64,000 bases of DNA. It comes from an uncultured delta proteobacterium. GTDB lineage: Bacteria > Desulfobacterota > RBG-13-43-22. The stretch's first letter is position 1; the number at the start of each line of letters is the position of its first letter. This document shows, one piece after another, positions 49,154 to 58,721 of this stretch. A program made the position numbers and the translations under genes. The notes under the pieces were generated by a model, which saw only the letters and a list, made by a program, of their open reading frames with translations, was not told the origin of the DNA and did no database searches. The stretch is from the NCBI GenBank assembly GCA_963746605.1, contig CAVVCH010000051.1, forward strand, positions 6,136-70,135, written 5' to 3'.

Positions 49154-49851
49154 CCCCGGCTCGACAGGAAAACCTGGAGGTAATTCGTTTCCCGGTTATT
49201 CACCGTCTGCTGCACTGGGTCATCATGGTGGGTTTTATCGGTCTGGCCCTGACCGGCTTTTCCCTGAAGTTCAGTTCATGGACCTGGGCCCAATGGATCG
49301 TTTCCCTGCTGGGCGGTCCCGGCTGGACCGGTTACTGGCACCGCTGCTGGGCGGCCATCACTTACAGCGGCGTGATCGTTCACCTGGGCTGGCTGGTCTA
49401 TTTCAAGACTGTGCTGAAGGGGCGCCTCACCGGCCCGCAATCGGCTTTTCCCCGCGGTCAGGATGTCAAGGACCTGCTGGCGCATATAAAATATTTTCTG
49501 GGGCAAGGACGGCCGCCGCAATTCAATCGCTATGCCTACTGGGAAAAACTGGACTACTGGGCCATGCTGGTGGGCATGAATACCATGGGTCTGACCGGGC
49601 TGGTATTGTGGTTCCCGTTGTTTTTCAGCGGTGGCCTGCCCGGGTATTTTATCAATCTGGCCCGGATACTTCACTGGTACGAAGCCCTGCTGGCCGTGGC
49701 CTTAAAATTCGTGGTCCATGTGGTTACCGCCCATCTGCGTCCGGAAGTTTATCCCCTGGATAAAGCCATCTTTACCGGGAAGACAACGTTGGAGAGGATG
49801 AAACACGAGCATCCAGGGGAATGGGAAGAAGTCATAAAGGGAAGAAACTAA
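49150..49851 (+). CDS. Cytochrome b membrane subunit (FdnI/HyaC-like)
   Basis: RFPVIHRLLHW..LALTG, WHR, FNRYAYWEKLDYW, ILHWYEA..VHV; ATGA overlap with the hexaheme gene. Confidence 0.85.
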   Translation: MTPARQENLEVIRFPVIHRLLHWVIMVGFIGLALTGFSLKFSSWTWAQWIVSLLGGPGWTGYWHRCWAAITYSGVIVHLGWLVYFKTVLKGRLTGPQSAFPRGQDVKDLLAHIKYFLGQGRPPQFNRYAYWEKLDYWAMLVGMNTMGLTGLVLWFPLFFSGGLPGYFINLARILHWYEALLAVALKFVVHVVTAHLRPEVYPLDKAIFTGKTTLERMKHEHPGEWEEVIKGRN

Positions 49852-49853
49852 CC

Positions 49854-51416
49854 ATGGGCTTCTTTAAGCAAAATAGCATTATTCACAATGCCGAAAGGCA
49901 GGGAAAGGCGTCGAAATCGTCATTCCGGCGAAACCTGCCCCGGCAGGTTGTAAGTCGGGGGCCGGAATCCAGGGGCAATCCCCCCCTTGGGCTCCTGCTG
50001 ATCGGCGTTATTCTAGCCGGCATCTTGTGCGCCGGATCCGGCTGGGCGGCGGAGCCGGTTTCCATGCCCCTAACGGTTGAGGGGAAGGAACGGGTTTGTC
50101 TCGATTGCCATCGCCGGCCGAATATCCAGAGCAACGAAGGGGCGTTTACTTCTCAGGCCCTGTGTTTCGAATGCCACGGCCGGGAGGGAATAAAACGAAA
50201 GTGGGGCGAAACCGCCGTTTCTCTAAAGGTAACCCCCGAATCCTTTGCCGGCAACCGTCACCGGCTCGTGGCCTGCATCGCCTGTCATATCGATGTGGCC
50301 CGATCCCCCCATCGGACCCGAGTGGGAGCCCAATGCCTTTCTTGCCACACCGTCCACGGAGAAGGAACCGCCCATGACCCGCATCTCCGGGTGAGCTGTC
50401 AGGCCTGCCACCGGCAGTCACCTGCGGTGACCTTAAATAAAACTACCGACCGGGTGGTCCTCTCCCGGCTTAATGACCAGGGTGCTCCTTTAGCCTTGAC
50501 GGACCACCGGCTGCCGGATACCCGGGATCAGAAATTCTGTGAGCGCTGCCATGTGCCGGGGAACAAGGTCGGGGCGGCCGCGGCGGTGCTGCCCGCCAAA
50601 AGCCTTCTCTGCCTGCCCTGCCACTATGCCCCGATCGCCGTCGGGCATTCTCTGTTCTGGGCGGCCTTGGTTGTTTTTGGCCTGGGTCTTTTGTTGACCG
50701 GGATGTTCTGGATCAGCGGCAGCGTGCAGGGAGAGGAGAAATCGGTCCACCGGAAAATCGCCCTCGGTTCCGAAGCGGCCTGGTCTATCCTGTTCTCCCG
50801 GCAATGCTGGACGATTCTGAAAACGTTTTTCTTGGATGTGCTGCTTCAGCGGAGGATTTTGCAGGAGAGCGTCCGGCGCTGGTTCCTCCATTCCCTGATT
50901 TACTACGCCATCCTGTTCCGGTTCGGACTGGCCCTGTTCACCCATTTCGCCTACTTCTTCAAACCCGGCGGCGCCTTGGCCTACGCCCTGATCGATAAAA
51001 ATCATCCTTTTGTGGCCCTGACGAACGACCTCCTGGGCCTGTTCATCGTCTTGGGCTTGGCGGCCGCGCTCTTCCAGCGATTCGTAGTGAAACCACCCCA
51101 CGTGGTCAGTGAGTGGAAGGACAATTGGGCCCTGGCCATCATCGGAGCCCTGGTTCTAATGGGTTTTTTACTGGAGGGGGCCCGCATTCTAGTTACCCAG
51201 GTCCCGGCCGAAAAGGCGGCCTATTCGTTCGTGGGCTATCTCCTTTCATTGCTCTTGGCCGTTTTTCCGGCGGACTGGCCGATCCTCTATGTCTACTTCT
51301 GGTATGCCCATGCCGTCCTGGGAGCGCTGCTGGTGGCCTACCTCCCCTTCGGGAAATTAAAGCATATTTTCGTGACGCCGCTGAGCCTGGTGTCGCAGTA
51401 TAAAAAGAAGGATTAA
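49854..51416 (+). CDS. Heptaheme cytochrome c fused to a NarI/DsrM-like cytochrome b domain
   Basis: Seven CxxCH (CLDCH, CFECH, CIACH, CLSCH, CQACH, CERCH, CLPCH) followed by TM helices with RRWFLHSLIYY and WYAHAVLGALLVAYLPFGKLKHIF. Confidence 0.85.
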   Translation: MGFFKQNSIIHNAERQGKASKSSFRRNLPRQVVSRGPESRGNPPLGLLLIGVILAGILCAGSGWAAEPVSMPLTVEGKERVCLDCHRRPNIQSNEGAFTSQALCFECHGREGIKRKWGETAVSLKVTPESFAGNRHRLVACIACHIDVARSPHRTRVGAQCLSCHTVHGEGTAHDPHLRVSCQACHRQSPAVTLNKTTDRVVLSRLNDQGAPLALTDHRLPDTRDQKFCERCHVPGNKVGAAAAVLPAKSLLCLPCHYAPIAVGHSLFWAALVVFGLGLLLTGMFWISGSVQGEEKSVHRKIALGSEAAWSILFSRQCWTILKTFFLDVLLQRRILQESVRRWFLHSLIYYAILFRFGLALFTHFAYFFKPGGALAYALIDKNHPFVALTNDLLGLFIVLGLAAALFQRFVVKPPHVVSEWKDNWALAIIGALVLMGFLLEGARILVTQVPAEKAAYSFVGYLLSLLLAVFPADWPILYVYFWYAHAVLGALLVAYLPFGKLKHIFVTPLSLVSQYKKKD

Positions 51417-51532
51417 TTTTTTTTACCGCAGACTCACACGGACAAAGATAGGACCAAAGGCGAATTCCCACCGTACAGCTTGGTCGGTGGCCATAATGAG
51501 CTTTTCTTTATCGTTTGTTGTTAGGTGATATA

Positions 51533-52921
51533 ATGACTGAAGAAGTTCCGGTTGAAACCAGCGTTTCAACAATCCCGCCGGGGCCGCAGCCCTCTGAATC
51601 CGTAGAACCTGAGACGGAAACGCGTCCAGAGCCGACTCGTGAACTCCCCCTTTCCAACCTGTCTGCCGCCCGATTGATCCAGCTTGAGGCCTGCACCCGC
51701 TGCGGGGAATGCCTGAACTGGTGTCCGGTCCACGACCAGGACGCCCGGGAACAGGTCATCCCCCGGAAGAAGATCGCCGATTTCCTGCATATCGTGAAGA
51801 CCCAGCAATCCCTCTTGACTCGGATCATGAGGCAGGAAAAAGTGAGCGATCCGATCAAAAGGCTGTTGGCTACCGTATTCCGCTATCGAGAGATCAATCA
51901 AAACGAAATCGATGATTTTGTTCGCAACTTGTATGAGTGCTCCACCTGCGGGCAGTGCCAGATCGTCTGCCCGGCCAACATCGATACGGTCAACCTCTGG
52001 GAGGATATCCGGCGTCTGGTCGTTTCGGCCGGTTACGGGCCGCTGGAGACGCAGAAGGTGCTGGTCAAAAGCGTCAAGGCCTATGATAACCCCTGGCAAC
52101 AGCCCCGGGCAGCCCGCACCAAATGGGCGCGTCGGGCGCAAAAAGACAATCAGATTGCCGCCCCGCCCCGGGAGATCAAGAAGACCAGGGCCAAAGTCCT
52201 GCTCTGGTTGGGCTGTACGGCGGTCTATGATGTGAACGTGAAGCAGATCGCCATCAGCACCATCAATATCCTCGAAAGCCTGGGGATCGATTACGGCTGC
52301 CTCGGCGGCGACGAGAAGTGCTGCGGCAGCGTGCTCCTGCGTATGGGAGACGCGGAATTCGAACGTATCGCCGGCGACAACATCAAACAGCTTAACGAGC
52401 TGGGCATTCAGACCCTGGTCAGTTCCTGTTCCGGCTGTTTCAAGACCATCAAGGAAGACTATCCCAAGGTGGGCAAGCTGAATTTCGAGGTGCTCCACAC
52501 CGTGGAATTCCTCCGGCGACTGCTGGAGGATAAGAAGCTGCCCTTTGTTCAACCGTTGGAAAGAAAGGTCACCTACCACGATCCCTGCCACCTGGGACGG
52601 GCCAGCGGCGTCTTTGAGGATCCCCGGGTACTGATGAAGGCCATCCCGGGACTGGACTTGATCGAAATGCCCCGGAGCGGCGAATATTCCCGCTGCTGCG
52701 GCGCCGGCGGCGGACTGAAGGCCGGCTATCCGGACATCCAGAACAAGATGGCCCAGGAGCGGGTGCGCGAGGCCGAAGGCACCGGCGCCAGCGAACTGAT
52801 CTCGGCCTGCCCCTTCTGCTATGCCGGGCTCCAGGTGGGGATCAAGGCCCTGGATTCGCCCCTGGTCATGAAAGACCTGAGCTGCCTGGTCGAGGAGGCA
52901 CTGATTAAAAAAGCCGATTAA
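51533..52921 (+). CDS. (Fe-S)-binding CCG-domain protein (HdrD/DsrK/TmcB-like)
   Basis: CTRCGECLNWCP, CSTCGQCQIVCP, KCCGS, YHDPCHLGR and RCCGAGGG. Confidence 0.9.
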   Translation: MTEEVPVETSVSTIPPGPQPSESVEPETETRPEPTRELPLSNLSAARLIQLEACTRCGECLNWCPVHDQDAREQVIPRKKIADFLHIVKTQQSLLTRIMRQEKVSDPIKRLLATVFRYREINQNEIDDFVRNLYECSTCGQCQIVCPANIDTVNLWEDIRRLVVSAGYGPLETQKVLVKSVKAYDNPWQQPRAARTKWARRAQKDNQIAAPPREIKKTRAKVLLWLGCTAVYDVNVKQIAISTINILESLGIDYGCLGGDEKCCGSVLLRMGDAEFERIAGDNIKQLNELGIQTLVSSCSGCFKTIKEDYPKVGKLNFEVLHTVEFLRRLLEDKKLPFVQPLERKVTYHDPCHLGRASGVFEDPRVLMKAIPGLDLIEMPRSGEYSRCCGAGGGLKAGYPDIQNKMAQERVREAEGTGASELISACPFCYAGLQVGIKALDSPLVMKDLSCLVEEALIKKAD

Positions 52922-53000
52922 TGATGATGCTTAGTGACTTCATAAAAAGCCGAAAAGATCGTCATCGCGAGCGAAGCAATCCCCGTCCCTTTAGTTATTC

Positions 53001-53028
53001 TTGACGTGGCCATAATTATAGCTATAAT
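53001..53028 (+). promoter_or_regulatory. Sigma-70 promoter of phd-vapC with an overlapping 14-bp palindrome
   Basis: TTGACG-N16-TATAAT; perfect palindrome ATTATAGCTATAAT at 53015-53028. Confidence 0.6.
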
Positions 53029-53110
53029 ATTCCTTCAGGATTGCTTAAGTTCGGGTAGAGCAGCGCGAAACCCAACAGAGAAGGCGGGACTTTGAAAAGG
53101 AGTAATAAAG

Positions 53111-53393
53111 GTGAACAAAAGGGTATCGGTGGCCGAGGCCAAGAATAAACTCCCGGCCATTATCCATGAAGTGGAAAAGGGTTCCATTGTGGAGATCACC
53201 CGTTACGGCCGGGCCGTAGCCTTTGTAGTCCCCCAGAAGGATTATGAGCGACTGCAGGAGAAAGGCGGGGGATTTTGGGAAGCCCTGATCAGGGTCAGGA
53301 ATATCATGAATGCCGAGGGGATAGTTATGGAGGATCGCGATTTTTCCGACCTCCGGGACTCCTTCGCCGGGACGTCAGGTCGATTTGGATTGA
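53111..53393 (+). CDS. Phd/YefM antitoxin (indel near 53365)
   Basis: VSVAEAKNKLPAIIHEVEKG..EITRYGRAVA Phd motif; shifted frame ends PGRQVDLD-TGA just before the vapC ATG. Confidence 0.8.
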
Positions 53394-53812
53394 ATGAAGT
53401 ACCTTTTAGACACCAACCTGATTTCCGAATTGATTAAACCCAATCCGGACCGGGGTGTGAAGGAGAAGTGCCGCCAGATACCGACGGGACCTGGCTACCG
53501 CCGCTCCGGTCTGGCATGAATTGCAGTACGGTTGTTACAGATTGCCTCATTCCCGAAAAAGGGAACTATTGGAATTGTTTCTGGAAGAGGTCGTTTCAAA
53601 CAATCTGCCTATACTCCCCTATGATGAACAGGCTGCCCGCTGGCATGCCCTGGAAAGGGCGCGCTTATCCTTGACGGGGCAGCCACCTTCCTTTGCCGAC
53701 GGCCAGATAGCCGCCATCGCCGTCACCAATGGGCTGACGCTGGTGACCCGAAACAATGACGATTTCCAATTCTTTCACCGGATTACACCTGGAAGATTGG
53801 CACACCTCTTAG
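53394..53812 (+). pseudogene. vapC: VapC PIN-domain toxin, frameshifted as given (about 2 indels)
   Basis: MKYLLDTNLISE, WHELQYG, FADGQIAAIA, LVTRNNDDF; C-terminus TGLHLEDWH in a shifted frame. Confidence 0.85.
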
Positions 53813-53886
53813 TCGGGAAAGAATAAAAATGGCGTAGCCATCCGGTACTTATTTTGATACCGGATTCAGATTAAAAAGGACCGGTC

Positions 53887-54857
53887 ATGAAAAACAAATT
53901 ATCAACAATCGGACTGGCCGTTTTGCTTCTCATCCTGCTGGTCCAGGGGTGCCCCGAAGCGCCGAAAAAAAACCGATCCGGATCGCCTACTTGCAAAGTG
54001 ACATCCACCATCTCCCTTGTTGGATCGCCCTCGAAAAAGGGTTCTATTCCCGGGAAGGGCTGGAGGTGGAGGTGGCCGGGGTGTTCAAAGCCGGGCCGGA
54101 GTTGATGAGCGCCTTTGCGGCCGGGGCCCTGGACGCCGGTTACGTGGGGGAAGCGCCGGCCACCACGGCAGTGGCCAACAAGGCCGCCCGGGTGGTGGTA
54201 TTGGCCCAGGTCAACACCGAGGGCTCGGCTGTGGTGGTCAGGAAAGAGGGGCCGATTCAAAAAGTGGCCGACCTGGCGGGCAAGAGCGTGGCCATCCCCG
54301 GCCATGCTACCGTTCAGGATTTTCTCTTAAGAAGGGCACTGAAGCTGCACAAGCTGGACCCCGGGGCGGTACGGACCATCGTGATCAAGCCCCCCGAAAT
54401 GATCGGGGCCCTGCGGACCGGCCAGGTGGACGGCTTCATCGCCTGGGAACCGTACCCGGCCAAGGCCCAGACCTTGGAGATAGGACGGGTGCTGGCCCAT
54501 TCCCGGGATATCTGGAAGGATCATCCGTGCTGCGTTCTGGCGGTGGACGGGAAGTTTTTCACCGCCCAGCCGGACCAGGCCAAAAAGCTGGTCCGGGCCC
54601 ACGTGAAGGCCACGGATTTCATCCACCAGAACCGGGAGGAAGCCGTTAGAATCGGAGTCAAGTACACCGGCATGGATGAAAAAACGGTGAACCTGGCCAT
54701 GCAGAACGTCCATTACACCTACCAACTCAGCGTGGAAGCGGAAAAAGAATATGTGGATTTCCTCTCCCTGATGAAATACATCAAGGTGGAGAGCCCCCAG
54801 GCCTTCATCAGGGAATTTCTCAATTTGGAAATCCTCCCTGAAATCCTGAAAAAATGA
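53887..54857 (+). CDS. SsuA/TauA/NMT1-type ABC substrate-binding protein (indel in the A8 run at 53965-53972)
   Basis: Lipoprotein-like signal LLVQGC; IRIAYLQSDIHHL, GPELMSAF..LDAGYVG, DLAGKSVAIPG, VDGFIAWEPY and HPCCVL. Confidence 0.85.
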
Positions 54858-55609
54858 AAGTTGAAAAATTTCTATTTCCCCTGATCCTGCTGTTGATCTG
54901 GCAGGGGCTGTCTTCCGGGGCGATCATTCCGGCCTACAAGCTTTCCTCTCCGGTGGAGATTCTTTACGGCTTCGGGGGGCTGGCCTTCGAGGGCATGCCG
55001 CCGGGGCACCTACTCCATAAGCATATCCTGTACAGCCTCGTTCGGGTCGGGCTGGGATTCGGAGCCGCCACCGCCTTGGCCGTCCCGTTAGGCTTGCTGA
55101 TGGGCTGGTCCGGAAAAATCCGGCGCTTTTTCCGGCCCGTCCTGGAAGTGATCCGGCCCATTCCGCCGCTGGCCTGGATCCCAATCGCCATCCTCTGGTT
55201 CGGCATCGGGATCCCGAGTGCGGCGTTTATCATCTTTCTGGGGGCCTTTTTTCCGATTTTGCTGAACACCATATCGGGCGTGCTGGCCATCAACCCTACG
55301 CTGGTGGAGGCGGCTCTATCTCTCAAAGCCCGGGAGAAGGATATCTTCTTCAAAGTACTTTTACCTGGGTCGATTCCCTCCATCTTTGTGGGCCTGCGGA
55401 TTGCCGTCGGCATCGGCTGGATGACGCTGGTGGCGGCGGAGTTTACCGGGGTCAGGGAGGGATATGGTCTGGGGTATATGATCATGACCGCCCGCGATAT
55501 CCAGCGACCGGATGAAATTCTGGCCGGCATGCTGGTCATCGGGCTGATCGGTCTGCTGATCGACGTGCTGCTGCGCAAGGTCGAAACCAGGGTCATCCCC
55601 TGGAAATGA
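54854..55609 (+). CDS. SsuC/TauC-type ABC permease
   Basis: RPIPPLAWIPIAILWFG, GAFFPILLNT, PGSIPSIFVGLR, VAAE. Confidence 0.9.
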   Translation: MKVEKFLFPLILLLIWQGLSSGAIIPAYKLSSPVEILYGFGGLAFEGMPPGHLLHKHILYSLVRVGLGFGAATALAVPLGLLMGWSGKIRRFFRPVLEVIRPIPPLAWIPIAILWFGIGIPSAAFIIFLGAFFPILLNTISGVLAINPTLVEAALSLKAREKDIFFKVLLPGSIPSIFVGLRIAVGIGWMTLVAAEFTGVREGYGLGYMIMTARDIQRPDEILAGMLVIGLIGLLIDVLLRKVETRVIPWK

Positions 55610-55623
55610 AAAAGGAATAACCC

Positions 55624-56382
55624 TTGAGTCTGGAGATGGTCCATCTGCACAAGGTTTATGCCGCCAGACCCGGCCACTCGGAACTGGCCGTCCTGGAAGA
55701 CATCAACTATCAGGTGGCCGACGGGCACTTCGTGACCATCGTCGGACCGAGCGGCTGCGGGAAGACGACCCTCCTGCGGGTAATGGCCGGGCTGGAACAG
55801 GTCACCAGTGGAAGAGTGCTTTTACGGGGAGAAGAAATTACCGGACAGGCGGGAAAAGTCGGGCTGGTTTTTCAGGAATATGCCTTGTTCCCCTGGCGGA
55901 CCACTCTGGAGAATATCGAAATGGGTCTGGAAATTCGAGGGCTCCCCAGGCCGGACCGGAAGGCTGCCGCCCTGGAGTACGTTAAGCTTTTCGGCCTGAG
56001 TGGGTTCGAGGGGCACTATCCGCGGGAGCTTTCCGGCGGCATGCAGCAGCGGGTGGCCATTGCTCGGACCCTGGTCTTGAATCCGCGAGTCGTCCTGATG
56101 GACGAACCCTTTGCCTCTCTGGACAGCCAGACGCGCAACGCCCTCCAAGAATTTCTGGTCGACATCTGGCAGCAGCGGAACGAGACCATCCTCTTCGTTA
56201 CCCATAACGTGGACGAGGCCGTGTTCCTGAGCGACCGGATTGTGGTCCTGTCACAACGGCCGTCCAGGATCATCCGGGATTTCGAGGTGAATATCCCCAA
56301 GCCGCGGGACCGCACCAGCAACGCCTGCAATGATTTGCGAAGGGAAGTCCTGAAGGTGCTGGGGGAACAGAAGATTTTGTAA
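55624..56382 (+). CDS. SsuB/TauB-type ABC ATPase
   Basis: GPSGCGKTT, VFQEYALFPWRT, LSGGMQQRVAIAR, LMDEPFASLD. Confidence 0.9.
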   Translation: MSLEMVHLHKVYAARPGHSELAVLEDINYQVADGHFVTIVGPSGCGKTTLLRVMAGLEQVTSGRVLLRGEEITGQAGKVGLVFQEYALFPWRTTLENIEMGLEIRGLPRPDRKAAALEYVKLFGLSGFEGHYPRELSGGMQQRVAIARTLVLNPRVVLMDEPFASLDSQTRNALQEFLVDIWQQRNETILFVTHNVDEAVFLSDRIVVLSQRPSRIIRDFEVNIPKPRDRTSNACNDLRREVLKVLGEQKIL

Positions 56383-57395
56383 TGCTGGAATTAAAACGCC
56401 TGGTCACCGAACTGCAGAGCCTCGGGCTGCGGATCGAAAATGAAATCCTCAGCCGGAAAGGAGGGGCCGGTCCGGCCGAAGGGGGAAACCTCCTCATCGG
56501 CAGCCGCCCGGTTTCCGTTCCCATGGGCAGCCCCTTTGTTGCCCGCTCTCCATACACCTTGAGAAAAGTCAAGGAAGAATTTCGGATCTGCCGGAACAAC
56601 AAGCCGCTGGTCCTTGCCGAAACAATCCATCCGCCGCGTTTTTATCAGGAGCGGACAGCGGAGGGGATATCCTATCAACAGATCGCCCTGCTGCATGGGC
56701 GAGATTGCCTGGCCACGACGGTACGGCAGACCTGCCTCCATTGGGCCCGGGGGATTCCCTGCCGGTTTTGCGGGATCGAGGTTTCCCTGCAAAAAGAGTC
56801 CACCCTAACGCTGAAAACTCCGGAGCAGTTGGCCGAAGTAGCCTCTCGCGCCAGGGACATGGACGGCATTCGACATGTCGTATTGACCACCGGGACCTGC
56901 GGAGTCCCGGAAAAAGACATCGACCAACTGGCCCGGTGCACGGTCACCATTAAAAAGGCGGCGAGCCTACCGATCCACGTCCAGTGCCTGCCTCCGCAGA
57001 AACCCGGTGTTCTGGAAACCCTGAAAGAGGCCGGAGTGGATACCATCGGCCTTCATATAGAGAGTTTCGATGAAGCCGTGCTAGCTGAAACGGCCCCGGC
57101 CAAGGCGGTCATTGGCTTGAAGGGTTACCTGCGGGCCTGGAAGGAAGCGGTAGAACTGTTCGGGCCCAACCAGGTCAGCAGCTTTCTCGTAACGGGATTG
57201 GGTGAAAAGAAAGAATCCATCCTCCAGGGAAGTGCCCTGCTGGCCGATCTGGGAGTCTATCCTTTTATCGTTCCCTTGCGACCCATCCCCGGCTCTTTAA
57301 TGGAAAATGCCCGGCCGCCCGATCCGGCCTTCATGGCAGGGGTCTATGAAGCGGTGGCCGAAATTCTGAAAAACAGGGGGACTGGCTTCCTCTAA
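56382..57395 (+). CDS. MSMEG_0568 / NitD-family radical SAM protein (C-terminus shifted by an extra G near 57378)
   Basis: ELQSLGLR..RKGGAGP, IALLHGRDCLATTVRQTC..CRFCGIE (Cx8Cx2C), NQVSSFL, YPFIVPLRPIPGS; shifted frame gives SLAGCVRCGACSALPFYE. Confidence 0.85.
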   Translation: MLELKRLVTELQSLGLRIENEILSRKGGAGPAEGGNLLIGSRPVSVPMGSPFVARSPYTLRKVKEEFRICRNNKPLVLAETIHPPRFYQERTAEGISYQQIALLHGRDCLATTVRQTCLHWARGIPCRFCGIEVSLQKESTLTLKTPEQLAEVASRARDMDGIRHVVLTTGTCGVPEKDIDQLARCTVTIKKAASLPIHVQCLPPQKPGVLETLKEAGVDTIGLHIESFDEAVLAETAPAKAVIGLKGYLRAWKEAVELFGPNQVSSFLVTGLGEKKESILQGSALLADLGVYPFIVPLRPIPGSLMENARPPDPAFMAGVYEAVAEILKNRGTGFL

Positions 57396-57445
57396 AAGCC
57401 TGGCCGGCTGTGTCCGCTGCGGGGCCTGCTCGGCCCTGCCATTCT

Positions 57446-57899
57446 ATGAACGCCCGGCGGAAGCGCTTATCTGTCATCCGGTCCGGACCCGAGAAGAGGG
57501 AGAACAGGGCCGCGGCCATCCGTCACCGGGTGTTCGTGGAGGAACAGCGTCTGTTTCCGGAAACCGACCGGGACGAGAATGACCGCAAGAGCATTCATTT
57601 GGTGGCCGAGATGGAAGGGAGGATTGTCGGCACCGTGCGGGTCTTCCCCGTGGAAAACAACGGCCGCTGGATCGGCGGCCGACTGGCCATCCAAAAGAGA
57701 CTTTCGCTTCAGCGGTGCCGGGGAGCGCCTGGTCCGGGAGGCGGTGGCCGCTGTAAAGCAGAAAGGCTGCACCTGTTTCACCGCCCACATTCAACAGGAA
57801 AACGTCCCTTTTTTCACCCGCCTGGGCTGGAAACCGGTCGGACCGGTCTTCGAATATCGGGGAAAGCCCCACCAGCGCATGGAAGCCGATCTTACCTGA
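57446..57899 (+). CDS. MSMEG_0567 / Sll0786 / NitE-family GNAT acetyltransferase, frameshifted; probably fused to the radical SAM
   Basis: IRHRVFVEEQRLF..DRDEND..IHLVA..VGTVRV..WIGGRLA, then GAGERLVREAV..FTAHIQQENVPFFTRLGW..PHQRMEADL. Confidence 0.8.
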
Positions 57900-58149
57900 T
57901 TTTTCTTCGAACGAGGCGGATGTGCTTGTGGTAAATCCTTCGGCGAGGAAGTTCTGACCAAGCGCTGAAGCCGATCGTGGCCTGTCGGGCCACTCCGGCT
58001 CACCTGTGACTAAGCCGAGGAGTGAGACTATCGTGAACAGAGTCTTTGTGGGAAGAGATGTCCAGGAATTAACGCGGGTGCTGTTTCGCCGGACGGATTC
58101 ATCAGCAGATGCAGGCGGATTTATCGGCCCCTGACCAGGCCGATGGCTG

Positions 58150-58560
58150 TTAAGAATTGTCCAAATCAAACCAAGTGCTTTGTTCCTTCGATAACTGGGT
58201 CCTGTCGACCTGAAATAGTTCAATCAGCACATTGTCCGGCGCCAGGACCGTGATGTATTTCCAGAATCCAAAATCCGTTATCCCTTTTTTCAAAGGCACC
58301 CCTCCGGCGGTGAGTTTTTTGACCATCTCCTCCAGGTTGTCGGTTTGGATACCTATATGGTGGATATTCCCCCGGACCGGATTCTTAGGGGCCTGATCAT
58401 AAAAGTGAAGCCTCCCTCGACCGACGCTTAGGAAGACATTCCGGGAATTGGCCATTTTCAGGTCCATCACTACCCGCCCGCCGAAGAATTCCGTATAGAA
58501 TTGGATGCTTTTATTTATGTCCGAAGCAAATAGATGCGTGTGGTGTAAGCTACAAGCCAT
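58150..58560 (-). CDS. VOC / glyoxalase family protein
   Basis: LHHTHLFASDINKSIQFY, IHHIGIQTDNLEE, APDNVLIELF. Confidence 0.85.
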   Translation of the reverse strand: MACSLHHTHLFASDINKSIQFYTEFFGGRVVMDLKMANSRNVFLSVGRGRLHFYDQAPKNPVRGNIHHIGIQTDNLEEMVKKLTAGGVPLKKGITDFGFWKYITVLAPDNVLIELFQVDRTQLSKEQSTWFDLDNS

Positions 58561-58721
58561 TCGATGCCTCCTGTGCCAATTATAGATGATACAGCCTGGT
58601 AGTTAAATGTACCAAGACGACGGGAACCCTGTCAAAAGGTTTATTTTGACTCGGCGGCATGGTATCCCAACCTAATTCCCTTGTAGGGTAAATAAAAAAT
58701 AATTTGATAAATAATTATTCA

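Noticed and set aside
53965-53972. Programmed frameshift or phase variation at the A8 run in the ssuA-like gene
   Set aside because: Cannot be distinguished from the many other homopolymer indels in this sequence; error is more parsimonious
58076-58135. Hammerhead-ribozyme-like core on the minus strand (CTGATGA...GAAAC)
   Set aside because: Stem II does not close (ATCCGTCCGGC), and I could not build stems I and III around an NUH triplet
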